64,000 bases of DNA from the NCBI GenBank assembly GCA_013239625.1, contig MU054187.1, positions 15,392,941 through 15,456,940 on the forward strand, given 5' to 3'. Shown piece after piece: positions 1-14,190 of the stretch (position 1 is its first letter; every line of letters begins with the position of its first letter). This stretch comes from Lama guanicoe. Lineage: Eukaryota. The translations under genes were made by a program, and so were the position numbers. The notes beneath the pieces were generated by a model, which saw only the letters and a list, made by a program, of their open reading frames with translations, ran no database searches and had not been told where the DNA came from.

Positions 1-2426
1 GGCTCTGTAGCCAACTGCATGGACAGCACTGGCCACTTTCCTTCAGGCCATACTTAGCGATCTTTAGCTACCTCACTTCCATCGTGCAGATATCTTTGTT
101 ATATAGAAGGAGTTGAAATCCTCATACATTCATGAAATTTTCACCCCCCCCCTTAAACTAGGCTCAGTAAAAAACAATTGGAATATATCTGAAAACCTTC
201 CGTCTAAAGTAACATACTAGAACTCACTGTTTTATAATCACTTGGTTCACCCATCAATCTCATTTAAAACTATTTCCTCAGTGATGGTTCCCTGCCTTAC
301 CTTTATACCATGATCATCTGTGGCAGGTGATATGTCTGGTCTTGACAACGGTCAAAAGGCTATCACTGTCCAGGCGTGCCTGAGAGCCTCATCTAATGCA
401 GCGTCAAGGACTAACACTCAGATTGCATCCGATTAGTGTAAGAATTCCATTAGAAGCTCAATCAAATGGAGTCCTCCATTCTTTTGAATTCAGTTTTACT
501 GCATCGGTTAAACTATGATTCTTGAGTCCAAAAGCAAAGATTATTTTCTTGCACCAGAAATCTAGACATAGCTCTGAACTAAAAAGAAAACAGTCTTAGT
601 AAATTTGACAAAACAGGTAGAAATATCAGCTGAGAATATGCAGCCAATGTTGTTAGTTGTCTTTAGCAGGCGTGATGGCCTTTGAGTTTGACTTACTTAA
701 TTAAATGCCTATAATAATGAAATGATATCTTGCCCACTTCTGTCTGTTGAGATATCATCTCCAATGGTTAAGCCTCAAGCCTAGACAAACCTTTGGCTGC
801 CACTATTTTCTTATAGTCACGAAAGACATGGTTCTTACATCTGAGAACAGATCGAGTCAAACCAAATTATGGCATTTTCCTGGCAGAAAACTATTTTAAG
901 TTGGTGACTTCTAACTTTTAAAAATTGACAATGTTTTGCCTATAATTTGGGTTAGTAAATGTATACCCATAAACAATAGCAAATGGTTATTTTTCTTTTC
1001 AATAAACATGAATCAAGAAAATTCTTTTTAATAGGCTTTTTTAGATACCATTACTGCAATAGTAATTTGAATTTACCCATTTTTATAATCACCCAAAGGT
1101 ATTCACCATGTTATTATAAAACAGATGAGTAAGTGAAAACTAATGAATAAAATACATTTCCAGAGGTTTGTTGAAGCTCTCTGTAGGTATTTTCATGGTG
1201 TTGATTACCAATGGAAAGCAACCAAAGTCATGTAGACTTATGAATCAGTAAGTCATAATTACTGAGTGTTCATGAAATGCCAAGACAGAGCTACTCCTGT
1301 GTAGGGATATTATATTCTCCCTTAGCTGGCCGCAGTAGTACAGTGACGCCAGGGTTATGCCACAAGCTGAAGATCAATAGCAAGGTATATTTTACCCAAT
1401 TAAATAGCTAAAAACAAAATTCTTAATTAAATGCAGGTTTAAGGTATTAATATTAAAAGTAAAATGGAACTTCATGAAAAGTTGTCTTTTAAAAGAGGTA
1501 GTGAAAAAGAAAAGGAATCGTGGATAGAATCTTAAAAAGGAAAACAGTGAAAGAAAGGGTACATTGTATAACTTTGAATTATTTTTCTTCGTGTTTGCAT
1601 TCCTTTAATTCTATTCCTCTCCCTTGGTTTAACATAGTAAGCCAAGGGCAGACTTAAAACAAATTTTAAGAAGCCAAAAGTGGAACAGGAAACCTGGTTT
1701 GATAAAGCAAAGGCAATTTGTTCAACATGTGGGAGCAGGGGCTTCATCTTGTTAATGGATGGTCTGTAAGCTGAATTGTTACTAACAGATCAGCTATTAA
1801 TTTAAAATAGAAATTGAATCCGTCTTATGGGATTTGCAGAAGTAATGGTTTTTCTTACATATTCCTTTCCAGATGTTCTTTTTATAACTACAGGCAATCT
1901 TAATTTTCAAATATACCAAATGTATAATTAAAGTTATAGTTTCACCTCACATTTAAAGTATTAAATCTTGAATAAACTTGGAGAGACCGCTGCTTTGGCA
2001 AAATGAGAAACGTGTCTTGAATTCTTCTGATTCCTTCTTCAGCCGTCCTGCCTGCCATCTGGATCACAGCCATTCTTCACATCTCAAAACATGCACACCT
2101 ACTTCTTCCTTCCTGGCACAAGCTTGACCCTACTTTCTAGAACATAACTTCCTTTATATAATATCGGTGAAAGCAGAAAGCCTTTGTGCTTCATTTTCCC
2201 TTTTCTGGTATCAAGACGTAACCTTACCTTGGATTTGAGCTTATACACTTCTTAGAAGTGTATTTCTGTTGTTCATTTCTTCATTTAGGTGATTATATAT
2301 TTTTGCACCATCAGATCCTTCCAAACTCAAGAATCCTGCTCAGCACTGAACCAGTCTTTCAAGCTGTTCTGCTATCCTGTAGAAAACCATGATATTAAAT
2401 ATATATACATGTGTATATATATAAAG

Positions 2427-2458
<32 letters not shown>

Positions 2459-3427
2459 AAACATAATTATTTCTTAAAATATAACATTATCCTGGAACTA
2501 ACTAAAACAGAAATTTACAAGTCAAGAAATTATTTAGAGAAGTGATACAATTCTTCCAAAGAGGAGCAATCTCTACCCCTAGATAATTGTGGAATCTCAT
2601 TATACAACCTTTCATCCTTATACTCTCACTGGTTAGTCACACAGACACTACTACTTGTTTGCCTTTGTTATTTTGTTATGAAACATCAGTCAGCATTTTG
2701 CTAAGGCTCACAAAAATGTTCCCAAATGTTAAAAGTCACAAATGAGGGTATTTAGTCATGAGCAAGATTTAGAAACTTCAAAACAAAATACTTGGCATAC
2801 ATGTTGTCTATTAGTTTGCTACTTCTTAACTCCTGTTCCCTACTTTCAAGTTTTGCATTTTCTAAATATTCTTTACTGGCACCTGGAAGAGAAAGGAGCA
2901 GTGGGGTCAGGGAAGGAGTGGTGGCAGGGAGAGGGGTGTCATGGTGAGCACATTAGCTTTGAGGGAAAGATTTATCATCAAATGCTGTGCAGGTCACTTT
3001 ATCTTTCTGAGCATCAGTAATGTATATTTCACAGGATTGTTATAATGTTGATGTGTTAAATATAAAAGTATTTATCAGTCAGTTTTTGCTGTGATACTTT
3101 TGTGAAGCACTCAACATTAAATCTTGGAGGCGTTATAGAAATATTTATTGGGTGTTCAGGGATCTGACAAATTGGCTCTGGTCTTGGCTGACCTCCCATG
3201 GACGAGGCTGGACCCCAGGGTTTAGACTGGTTCAGTTCTACCCAAACTAAAAGAGCAACAGCCACCTGGACGTGCTCTTCTCATGACAAAAAGCAGAAAC
3301 TCCAAGAGGGTGGGTGGAAATTGCCAAGCCTCCAAAATTCTTGGCTTTTATTCATATTATGTTGAGCAAAGCATGTCAAATGGCCAACGTCAAGGCCAAT
3401 GGCAAGAGAAAGATTTGTAGGCAAATA

Positions 3428-3596
3428 CAGTCGACCCTTGAATAACATGGGGTTTAAGGCACCAGAACCCCCCCTGCAGTCAAAAATCCTTGTCTAACTT
3501 ACCCCGATTAAGTAGTACTGTAATACCTATTCATTGGAAAAAGCTGTAGGTAAGTGGACCTGCTCAGCTCAAACCTGTTTTGCTTAGGGTCAACAG
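3428..3596. mobile_element. Tigger2/MER8-like non-autonomous DNA transposon
   Basis: ta|CAGTCGACCCTTGAA...TTAGGGTCAACAG terminal inverted repeats, with internal similarity to Tigger2-family ends. Confidence 0.75.
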
Positions 3597-6459
3597 CAAT
3601 TCAGTCTCACACTAGCTGGTACATGTGTGGCTTTCAATGAATGCTTTAAAAAAATCATGAAAAGCCACTTCCTTTGAAATGTCACATTTTTTACACCTAA
3701 ACTCTAGAAAAGTATACGTTAAATTTAATTCTGCTCATTATGAGTTCATTATGAATATATTTTGCTAAGGATTTCTTCTATATAAAAGAGTTTATATTTT
3801 AAAGATCCAAATGTCTGGATCACCAGTGTATTTAACCCTTCCACTTTAATAATAGCATCTTCCCAAGTCTAAAAAAAGCATTCTTACTGTCAATCTTGGC
3901 TTTTCTTCCAAGTTTTAGTGACTATGGAAATTTAAGAGTGTAGGTAAAACACTTCTATATAAGGACGATTAGGACAATTTTTTGATTTAGAATCTGAGAC
4001 GAAACTTTGAAAGGAAGAGGCAGAGAATCACATGCAACAACTGAGGACAATGTTATAACCTGGGGAAAAATTTGGGCAGAGGGCCCAGACAGGAATATGT
4101 AGGAGGCAGAGATGCCAAGAGTGGGGACCTGAGTTAAGGGAACAGCATAAAGCAAGACAGGAACAGAAGCAAAAGGCACCTTCCGTGAATAATGCAGTTA
4201 CACAGTGTTGAGGCTGTGAAAGCTTCAGATTTGTTTATGGAGCTGCTTATTTAAGCATATTTCCAATTTGTCCATGTGCTCTGTTTATTATTTATCAAAT
4301 CATTATCTCTGAAAACTGTTATTTTGTAGTTACATTACGTTCTTTTCTTTTTAATTCCAAAGCACTTAGAAAAAAATCTCTGTTAATTCTGGAGCTAATT
4401 CTAGGAGAATACCTAGAGATATCTTATAGTAAACAAAAAGTAGCACATTTTCTTCCATGTTTGTGGTGTGTTCCTCTATAAATTATTTAATTAAAATCAA
4501 ATGTTTGTAATCTCTCTGATATTCTAGTGAAATAATGTTTAACATTCAAGTACTACCTATACTTATACATACATGTAATTTTTATATTTTGTAATTATGG
4601 AGAAAATTATTTAATTGTGGATGGTATGTATTTGCAGAAAAACATCAGGGAGTTTAATTTTTTTCATTCTTGTTAAATATGAGTCTTTAAAATTTCCATT
4701 AAAAGTAGACTGCAGGGTTTTGCCAACTGTTCCTTTATGGGTTAGCTAATGTTAGTTGAGAACTTTTTCATCCTCCTTTTATTAGGATAAAAAGCCTGTC
4801 TCTGACATTAATGCTGTAGACGAAAGAGTAGATACTTTTCCTTTTATAATGCTTGCCTTTCAACAGCCCTTCCCGGTAAACCTGAAAGGCAACCCCTAAC
4901 CCAGCCACACTGTGAAGCACTTCTGCAGATCTAGAAAGAAAAGTGATCATCAAAAGAGGAAGCTGCAGAGCTCTCATGCCACCCTGAAGTACTTCAGAGA
5001 GACTTCTTCAACTTAAAAAGTTTTGAGCATCACCTACTGTTGTGGATATTCTGATTTAAAGAAATTAAAATACAGGGTTTTAACCAGGATGGACAGTTTT
5101 CTATTAATGAATAGCTCTTTTCAGTTTTGTATCGTCAGCTCCTGCTGTGATCCGCAATGCAGCAGATGCTGACAATACACACGTGCCAGATCTTCATTAA
5201 GAGACTTAGGGAAACAGAAGCCATCAATAGATAAAACAGACATAGTAGAACATCCATCAGGTAGAGCAATGTTCTGAAATATACTTTTATATAAATATTT
5301 GACTCCTCTCTCTTTACTGTAGGAAACATTTCGCTATGAATTTAGAAATGATATAGTGAGAAGAATAAGTGGTTTAGAAGTGGATTGTATTCTGTTTTTT
5401 TTAAAAAAGAAAAGTTTACACACATGAACTTTGCCAATGAGTGGAGTAGGGCAGCACTCCTCAAACTTTTGCCCTGAGAACCACTAATGGTAATGGGTCT
5501 GGAAATATTGTGAAGACCAGTTATGCCATGGCTGGTTTCATTTTAAAATTAATCTTCAGTGCCTTTCTGCTTTATAGATCATTTATGACATAAACGTCAA
5601 ATGTTTGTTTCAATATAAGATACTTCCTTCAAAAGAAAAGTCTCTAGGTAACAGTCATCTCTAGCATGATGTGGAACTTTGTTACTTTTACAGATTCCAG
5701 TGGTCCCACCCAAAGGCTTGTACATCCAGGGACATGTGTGTACTTTCCTGGGCAATACAAAATATTCCAAAAATCCAAATGTAATTAATTTAATTGTTCA
5801 TTTAACATAACTAATAACAGGTCACATGAACGGGATTGTTTTCTTAAGGAGTTTGTAGCACTGTTGGAGAGAGAAGATAGATACAAGACTAGCCATAATT
5901 TATACAATAGAAATTGATAAGCTTTAGAGGCAAACCATTACAGAAAATTGTTGATTGGATCAGTGAACATCTTTGTGGAGAACGGTTAGAGTGTGAATAT
6001 TCAAAGGAAAATAAGTGGAAGAGACTTCAACCAGTGGAAACAGTGCCAAGAAAGTCACAGAAGCAGGTACAGAAATTACTGAAATATTTTTTCAATGCAT
6101 ATGGGTGGTAGTTGCACTTAGTGTACTTAGTGATTGCAGATCAGGCTTCAAATGGATGAAAAAATAGGTCATCTGCAAATCTAAAAAGAAGCTTAAAATA
6201 ATTACTTTCCTGTATATCAGGAGACAGATTAAGGAGTTTTCAAGTTATGTCATCAACGTGGATCTCAGCATTTGTATTTTCAAATAATCTGATGAAAGCA
6301 TCATAACTCTATATTAAAGAACAAAGACATTTTTCTACCTCTTAATTCTAAAATTTACATTTTTTTCCAGAACAAATTCACAAAGAGTTTTATATTGATG
6401 GCTATAAGAAATGCAGGCTTTTAATATAATCATTGCTATCTTTCTTTAAAAATTCAATT

Positions 6460-7375
6460 ACTCCCTTGTCATAACATAACATAAAAATCCATTCCAGATG
6501 GATCAAAGACCTGATTGTAAAATGTAAAATAATAAAGCTAGAGGATAACATAGGAGATTTTTCTTCATGATTTGGGCATAGGCAAATATTTATCCAACAG
6601 GTCACACACATCACTAACCATAAAGGAAAAGACTGAGAAATTGGACATCATTAAAATTAGAACACTCTGTTCATCAAGAGAAATGATTAAGAGAGCGAAA
6701 AGGCAAAGAGGGAAAAGGAATAAAAAGTTTATAATATCCTTTATATCTAAAAAGGGCATGTTCACAACTCTTACAGAGTATTCCTACAAATCAGTAAAAA
6801 AAAGGTATACAACCCAATTTAGCTACTCAAATTGTACATAAGTATATATTAGGACCCAGCAGTTCTACTCCTAGCAGTATTGCTTAAAAAAAAAAAGTGT
6901 GACTTTGCATACAAAAAGATATGTACAGAAATGCCCTTAGTAGCATTATTTTTAATAACTCTAAACTGGACTATTGATATTCAACAACAGAATGGGTAAA
7001 AAATTGTAGAATGCTCATTAAAAAAAAAGAACAAACTACTGCTTTACACAACAACATGGATGAATCTTGCAGACATACTGGATGAAAGAAACAAGAAACA
7101 AAGGAAGTCAGACGATGAAATCGTCGTCTACTGTATGATTCCATTCATGTAAAGATTAAAAACAGGCACAACTAACTTTGGATAAGAAGTTAGAATGTTA
7201 CTTACCTGTGGGGAGGAAGCACCAGGGAAGAGGCACAAAGGAAGCTTCTAAAAAATGTTTACGTTCTCATCTGGATCTGAGAGGTTTTTACACAGATGAG
7301 TTAACTTTGTAAAATTTTATTGAGCTGTACACTTAAGATTTTTGTACTTCAATGTATGTATGTGACATTTCAAAA
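6460..7375 (+). mobile_element. Old L1 (L1M-type) ORF2 end and 3' UTR fragment
   Basis: agatggatcaaagacctg..., gacccagcagttctactcctag, aacaacatggatgaatct, tgtatgattccatt, gagctgtacacttaagattt; degraded L1-ORF2-like peptide at 6572-6841. Confidence 0.85.
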
Positions 7376-10300
7376 ATCAGGTTTTAATAATTGATTACAC
7401 ACTTGTAGTTAGAATAGAAAGACTTAGGTGTGACCATCTTGAGGCGGAGACAAACGGCTGCTTTGGATAAAAACAGAAACTGTCCTACATAAACAGAATT
7501 GAATACTTTATCAGATGTGAGAGGACAATTCACTACGCACTGCCAGAAACATTATAGATTGTTTTTCACATGTATGGCCAGTTATTTCTACCTTCTATTT
7601 AAAAATTAAACTCCTAAACTGCACAATGCTTTGATTAAAGCCCACTGAGTTTATAAAATAGTGACTAAAAATCCTCTACTTTAGCTCTTACAATAATAAT
7701 ATTTAACTCTTACTGGGTACTTTCTATTTATCTGTCTTAAGTGCTTGCTTGTATTAACCCATTTTAATGCACAAAGTGACAAAGTGAAATGGCTATTGTT
7801 ATTTCTTCCCTTACAGAGAAGAGGATCCAGGGTTCATAGAGGCCAAGCAGGATAATCAAGACCCCAGGACTAGTGACACATCATGAAACTAACTCAGGCA
7901 TCTTAATTTAAAATTGCATGCTATAAAACACTGTGCTACACTAATTCCACCTCCCAAAACAGAACATGAATTCTATCCTTAATCCCGAACAGAGGATGGA
8001 TTTCCCAGCAATGTGGTGATAGAACAGCCAGTGTGCCTCAGCTTGAGATTAAGGTTTGGGGTTATGAAACTACACAGTGGATGAAATACCTAGAGATGAA
8101 TGCGTACCCGATTTTGCAAGTAAGGGATAGAAAGGGCACATATGAATATATTTAAAGACAGCTCCTAAGTGTGCACATGAGCAGACCGTAATAGCAGCAG
8201 CAGCATGGAGTGAATACAACAGTGTCTGTGGAAGGTATCTTCTTTGCAGAAATGCATCAGTTAGACTGTTTTGCACTGCAAGTAACTGAACTGCCAAATC
8301 AGTGTGACTTAAATAATATATTTACTGTCTCTTATGGCTAGAAAAACAGAGGCTAGGTGCTCAATGATTGCTCAGTGGCAAGGAGACTCAGGCACTATCT
8401 GTCTTTCTGTTCCGGCAAGATGATAAGTCCGTCCTCAGGCTTGTTCCTCTTCTTCGCACAGTAGCAGGTGCATCTTTCAATTTCACAAATGTACACATCA
8501 GCGCCTAAAGGGATATTTTCTTGCTTTGCATCTGTTTCCTTTTTTTTCATCAGAAAAGACAATCCTTGCCAGCCCTTCTCTTCACCCCTGAGCATATTTC
8601 TTCTTTCCTTTCTGTAGCCAGGGTTGCAAGGCATGTCCATGCTAAGTCAGTCACTGGTAGGAGGAATGGAGTATCATGACTGCCTTTGACTACTCAACAT
8701 TCACCTCTTAAGGATCCTAGTTGAGAGGGTGAACACCCCCTGATAAATTGGAGGCTATGGGCTTAGAAGAAAGTGGGTGGAAGGCTGGTTTGGGGTTAGG
8801 CAACCAACAGTCTCTCCCACAAGAAAGTAGTAATGCTAAAAACAATCATGGCTTTACAAGTAACAGCCTTAGCCACAAACCAAAGTGCCCCGTTTACATG
8901 AATTTGGTGACATTTTCTTCTGTGTACACACAGATTTCTCAACAACAAATAAAATAATGAGCAGTATCATCTTTGATTATTCCAGAATATTGTGTTTGAC
9001 TACTCTTCAAAATGGCATTTCCAGCATCATATTAAATCAGATATGACAAGATATATTATTGAAGTGTTAATGCTTAATATGGTGAATGTATAAATCATTG
9101 TTTTTTGTAGAAATATGACCTGCAGTACCAAATTGGAAGCCAACAGAAACACTGAGACAAAGATCGTAAACTTTTATTCTTGCCTGGAGAGTGTTTTGGA
9201 ATTAAAACCTTAAAACCAAATCTAATTTTCTCTAATGCAATTCTTTAGGTGTCTGTCTTGCATGTTGTGTGAAAAAGTTGATAATGGAAACATTCAAGAG
9301 TCAATGCACTTAACTTCATTTTCTTACCATCTTAATCCCCTTCTTCCCAACTTAAAGTCTCTTTTAAAATGTTTCAAGTAATGCTATTACTTTTAATTGT
9401 TCTTTATTTGACACTCAGTATACTTTCAATATCACATTAAAATTGCAGTATATAAATTCGTTCTTCTGTTGTGACAAATGATCATTCTTTTATAACAAAC
9501 TTTGGGGTCTTCCATCAATTTCCAGGAGAGAAAGCCAATGCATGAGAGTTATAAATATTTGAAGAGCACAAATGTTAACAGTCTCTTTGGTGTTTGAGCT
9601 GCTATAAAATTGCAAAACTACACTTTCCAAGAAAGTTGTATGTGCACCAAAACCTTTCAACTTCTCTGCCCTTCTGATAGGTCATGTTTGTGAGAGGAAG
9701 CAAGGTTTCATGTTCACCAGAGGCTTAGATTGGAATTTTTAGGTTTGATAAAGTGTAAATGGCTGGTGGAAAGAGACAGCTAGCGACTTGGAATGGTTTG
9801 GGAATTACTTTCAGAAGTTTTTATTCTTTTTGATCCTGTGCTATGTACTTCAGCATGTAAAGACGAAGAAAATGAGTTCATGGCTCACTGCAGAGGGGAA
9901 GCAAAGATAAATGAATTCAAGAAAGGCTGCTTAATAAAAAGCAAACCCGTAGGAGCAGCACCACGTTAGCTAGGGTGAGACTTCATGAATTTAAAATCAG
10001 TACTTTTCTTATCATTTTACTATCAATTCTATCGGGTTTACGTTTTGAATTCCTGTCCAGGTAGCTCTGACAAATTAATTAAGGCTACCCTTTATATCAA
10101 CTTCAAAAATGTTTATATCTTTAGGGGGACAAAAAGTGCGTGGTCACGTTAGGACGCGAATGCCACTTATTTTATGGACGAAGTGGCGTTCTCAACTGTC
10201 AGACAATCCCGAGTTACAGATCACCCACCATTCTGTGAAATCCCTTCCCCAATTTGGTCACCATCATTAAGGTTTTAAGGGAGCCAAAAAGAACAACTTC

Positions 10301-10854
10301 CCAATTCTAGACGCTAATGGTCTAAACGAGAGACCCTGTAACGGGTCCTGGAAATGGAAGTGGCCCCCTGGAGAAAATAAAGTAAAAGCCTTCGCTTCCC
10401 GGCCTGCCCTACCCCCGACCCCCAGTTTCTCTTCTGATTCTCCAAAATCCCACCCCCGACCCCTCCGCACAGTCTAGGGCGGCTGGCTTTCCATGTAAGG
10501 GCTGTTAAAGTCATTTCAGTATCTTCTGGAAGGACCTGGTAGAAGGATCTCAGAAAGCTGGGTAGATGTGGGGGCGGGAGGCGTTGGGGCCCTCCTGGCA
10601 GGCGCCTCCCACAGGGTCCGGACCTCCCACGCCCGGGTCCCTGAAGCGCAGAGCGCACCCACAAAGGCCCAGCGTCCAGGCCTCGCTGGGCGCGCGGGTG
10701 AGGAGGGGGCGGGGGAAGCGGGGCGGCCGCTCCTCGCTCCCGCCGCGGGCCGGCGTCCAGGGCTGGGGAGCAGCGGGGGTGGGCGAGGAGGGGCGCCCAC
10801 GTCACGTGCGCGCGCGCCGGGGCCGCAATAAATGCCCGGGAGCTGGAGGCGGCG

Positions 10855-11280
10855 GCGGAAGCGCTCGGCGCCTGGCTCTGCGCGCGGCGGCGGCGGCGGC
10901 GGCGGCTCTGCACCGAGCGGGAGCGCGGCGTCGCCTCCAGCCTTCGCCGCCACCCCGGCCTGTGTCCCCGCCCCTCGCTCCTGCAGATAACGCCCCGAGA
11001 CGCTGGCCGGCCAACTAGGCAGCTGCCTTTCCGCCCCAAAACTCAGGCTCTGAGTTTGGAGCGTTGTGCCTGCGCCTTCTTCCAGGGCCCAGGGGACCCG
11101 CGGAGGCCGAGGCTCGCGTCCCCCTGCAGCCAGCGCGCTGGTCGCCCGAGGACGCGCCCCGCCCCGGCGCTGCCCCAGCCGGGCCGTGTGTGTGCAGTCG
11201 CGTGTGCGGGCTGCGGGCGGCTGCGGGAGGCCGGCCGTCTCGTTTGGCTCAGCTCTCGTAGGGAACTTCACACTGGAGAG
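10855..11280 (+). other. CRISPLD1: CRISPLD1 exon 1 (5' UTR, non-coding); start approximate
   Basis: Strong donor GAG|GTAAGG at 11280/11281 inside the CpG island; I saw no ATG in this segment. TSS inferred about 25-30 nt after the TATA-like element. Confidence 0.7.
10885..10905 (+). repeat. (CGG)7 trinucleotide repeat in CRISPLD1 exon 1 / 5' UTR
   Basis: Read directly from the sequence. Confidence 0.9.
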
Positions 11281-12312
11281 GTAAGGGCGTTTGTAAAGCC
11301 GCATCGCTGGGTCTGCAGGCTGCCACCTTTTCCTTTCTACTTTTTTTTCTGCTTAAACTTCTGTATTGAAACAACAACAACAACAACTTGCAGAGAGTGG
11401 TCAGACACAGAGGGTGGGCGGGCTACTCAGAAAGCAGCCGCGATGGGGGTTTGTGGGAGCTCGTGTTTGGAAGTGACTTTGTGAGTTTCACCTTCTGTCG
11501 CGCGCTTTCCGTTTGGGCTCAGGGAACAGTGTTCCTGAGGCGCAGGGGAGGAAAAGCTCTGAAGCTGCCCGGGAACTGTTGGCTTTATCGGGAGCGGGTC
11601 ACAAGTCAGCGCACACTTTCTAGGAAACAAGTGATTGAGTTCTTCGTGACCTGTGCCTGGATCAGAGGAGGCTTACCCCAGTGACCTTAACCATTCACTC
11701 GCATTAATTCGCTGGTCCCTCTAGAAGTACCCACAGCGATATATATGAGTAACATTTTGTACTGCCTTAAAACATTCATAATATTGTGGACATTCTGAAT
11801 GTATATGAACCAGAGATGGGACACTAAGATAAAATAATACCTTAAAACAGATAGAGAAACATGGGCCTGTGGTTTGATTGATAAAACATTCCAGGTACAT
11901 AATACCCTCTGCAGGCTGTTTGTAATATATAGCCATTTAAAGCTTCGTAATTGAGAATTATTTAAAAGCTTTGGCTCTTCTGGGTTACTTTTGCCTTTTA
12001 TTTTTGGCCTCGTATACATTATCTTGAGACACAGAGCTGACTGTTTTATGGAAACAATGCGTTGTGAAGAGTCCTTTGTAGGAAAAACGGATTGGAGAAA
12101 ATTTATTTCAAAAAGTGCATGCCCATTTGCTGGCATTATATAGTCAAATCAAACAGGCTCACTCCCTTTGTAACTGTTGTGTTATTTTTGTTATTAGAAA
12201 ATTAATATCTGCCAGGATTTTCACCCTAATCACACTGCATGTCGTTATAGCCAAAAGGAGTGGAAGAGCCTGTCTTGGAGATTTTCCCGGGGAAATCCTG
12301 AGATCACTCATT

Positions 12313-12570
12313 ATGAAGTGTACCGCGCGGGAGTGGCTCAGAGTAACCACAGTGCTGTTCATGGCTAGAGCGATTCCAGCCATGGTGGTTCCTAATGCCA
12401 CTTTATTGGAGAAACTTTTGGAAAAGTACATGGATGAAGATGGTGAGTGGTGGACGGCCAAGCAAAGAGGGAAAAGGGCCATCACAGACAATGACATGCA
12501 GAGTATCTTGGACCTTCATAATAAGTTACGAAGTCAGGTGTATCCAACAGCTTCTAATATGGAGTATATG
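12313..12570 (+). CDS. CRISPLD1: CRISPLD1 exon 2 coding part (exon starts 12251): signal peptide, propeptide, start of CAP domain
   Basis: Acceptor ttatag|12251; ATG 12313; encodes [47 protein letters not shown]...RGKR...SNMEYM; donor ATG|GTAAGG; 258 nt. Confidence 0.97.
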
Positions 12571-13126
12571 GTAAGGAAATTTTTCAAATGGTATGTACAT
12601 AGAAATGTTTAATGATGCTTTTAGTCTCCATGGTTAAATTCGCTTATGATAGTATTTAATTTTTTACCATTTGTCCTGTGTGAAATTAAAAAAGATTTTC
12701 TTCAAGAGTATCTTCCTCTGCATGTTCTTTTGTGAGTGAGTATTCCTTTCATTCTTAGAGCTCTTTGAATTTCAGAGTAGAATTAAATACCTTTAGATGT
12801 AATGTTCCTGCTAAGTGCTTTAAATTCTACTTTTAGGAGAAAGATTCCTATCCTGAAAAAAACTGAACAGCTGGTATATTTGCTTTTGAGTGATTTAGTA
12901 GAATAATTGCTTCCTAATTTTTAACTGATGCAACCTTCTTATGAATAGTGGATCTGAAAAAGTCAAGGACCAATCATTTGACGAAGCTTTCCAAATGGCT
13001 GATGTACATATATATGTACACACACACAGATAGATATAGATTTGTATAATTTCCATGATCCCTTGTTTATTAGAAGTATGTAATGTTAAAGACATACTGT
13101 AAAATGTAACTCTCTGTGGTTGCTTT

Positions 13127-13363
13127 TTTTTTTACATTTTTTATTGATTTATAATCATTTTACAATTTTGGTCAAATTCCAGTGTAGAGCACAATTTTTC
13201 AGTTATACACGAACATATATACATTCATTGTCACATGTTTTTCTCCATGAGCTACCATAAGATCTTGTGTATATTTCCATGTGCTATACAGTATAATCTT
13301 GTTTATCTATTCTACAATTTTGAAATCCCAGTCTATCCCTTCCCACCCTCCGCCTACTTGGCA
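13127..13363 (-). mobile_element. 5'-truncated young L1 3' end with 12-bp TSD
   Basis: Poly-T then L1 3' UTR-like sequence; TGTGGTTGCTTT duplicated at 13115-13126 and 13364-13375. Confidence 0.85.
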
Positions 13364-13949
13364 TGTGGTTGCTTTATGTTAAGGAATGCTTTGGCAATTT
13401 TTTTTTCTTCTGGATTTATTTGTGAACTTTGAAGTGTGAAAATAAGCCTGGGCAAAGGATTAAATAGATATGTGTGACTTATCCTTAATAACCTTATATT
13501 CACTCTTAAAGTAAATTAGCAAGTTTGGGAAACAAAATTACTTTTTAAAGACTATAACTCATTGGTATTAGGGTGCTTTATATCCTAAATATTTAGAAAA
13601 ATTTTCAAAAATGTGTTATTCTATTTGCATGAATTCGGAATGCACTAGCAGAGACTGATAATAAATAATCATTGGTGACAAAACTTATTGAACATGGGGG
13701 ATAACTTTTCTCCTTTGGATACATTGCAGGGGCAGTAAATTTTAATGCATTCTAGTTTTTCCTCTTTTTTTTTATTTTACATTTACGTTAGTTTTGTTGG
13801 GTATTCTTTATATAGATAACTTTCATGAAACATGGAAGTTCTAAGTTCACGTTACCCATTACAAAATATTTCATTATATTATTTTAACTTTTACTAGAAA
13901 AATATTTTACGCTGAAGAAAGTAGGTAGCACTTAAGAGAACTCATCAGA

Positions 13950-14190
13950 GATTAAGGATCAGGGCCAACAGTTCTGCCGTCTGGGTTTAAATTTGGGCAC
14001 TGATACTGAAGAGCTGTGTGACTTTGAGCAACTTACTAATTTCTTTCTACTTCAGTTTCCTTGTGTCTAGCACGTGTACTCACCTCAGAGAGTTGTTGTT
14101 GTGAAGGTTACGTGAGAAATGAGTGACCTATGTAAAGTCTAGCTCATTATCAAGTGTGTTACTGTTGCAACGTCTCAGTAAATGTTACTA
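13950..14190 (+). mobile_element. MIR SINE
   Basis: ctgggtttaaat...gctgtgtgactttgagcaacttactaa...cttcagtttcctt MIR core. Confidence 0.7.

Larger units (their letters stand above)
10400..11600. promoter_or_regulatory. CRISPLD1: CpG island / promoter of CRISPLD1
   Basis: Sharp GC/CpG-rich block in an AT-rich background. Contains GC boxes (GGGGCGGG), overlapping CCACGTCA (10797-10804) and CACGTG (10803-10808), and an AT-rich AATAAA at 10827-10832 in TATA-like position. Boundaries approximate. Confidence 0.9.

Noticed and set aside
1..1000. Non-repetitive upstream segment as a possible enhancer or exon
   Set aside because: No ORF, splice pattern or motif cluster I can support; conservation data would be needed.
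6572..6841. 89-aa ORF
   Set aside because: Degraded L1 ORF2 remnant.
10267..11684. Cluster of long overlapping ORFs (up to 262 aa) on both strands
   Set aside because: Low-complexity Arg/Pro/Gly/Ala translations expected from stop-poor CpG-island DNA; no recognisable domain.
12115..12312. N-terminal extension of the 165-aa ORF upstream of MKCTARE
   Set aside because: It starts at a non-ATG codon in intron 1 and crosses the acceptor at 12250; the true start is ATG 12313.
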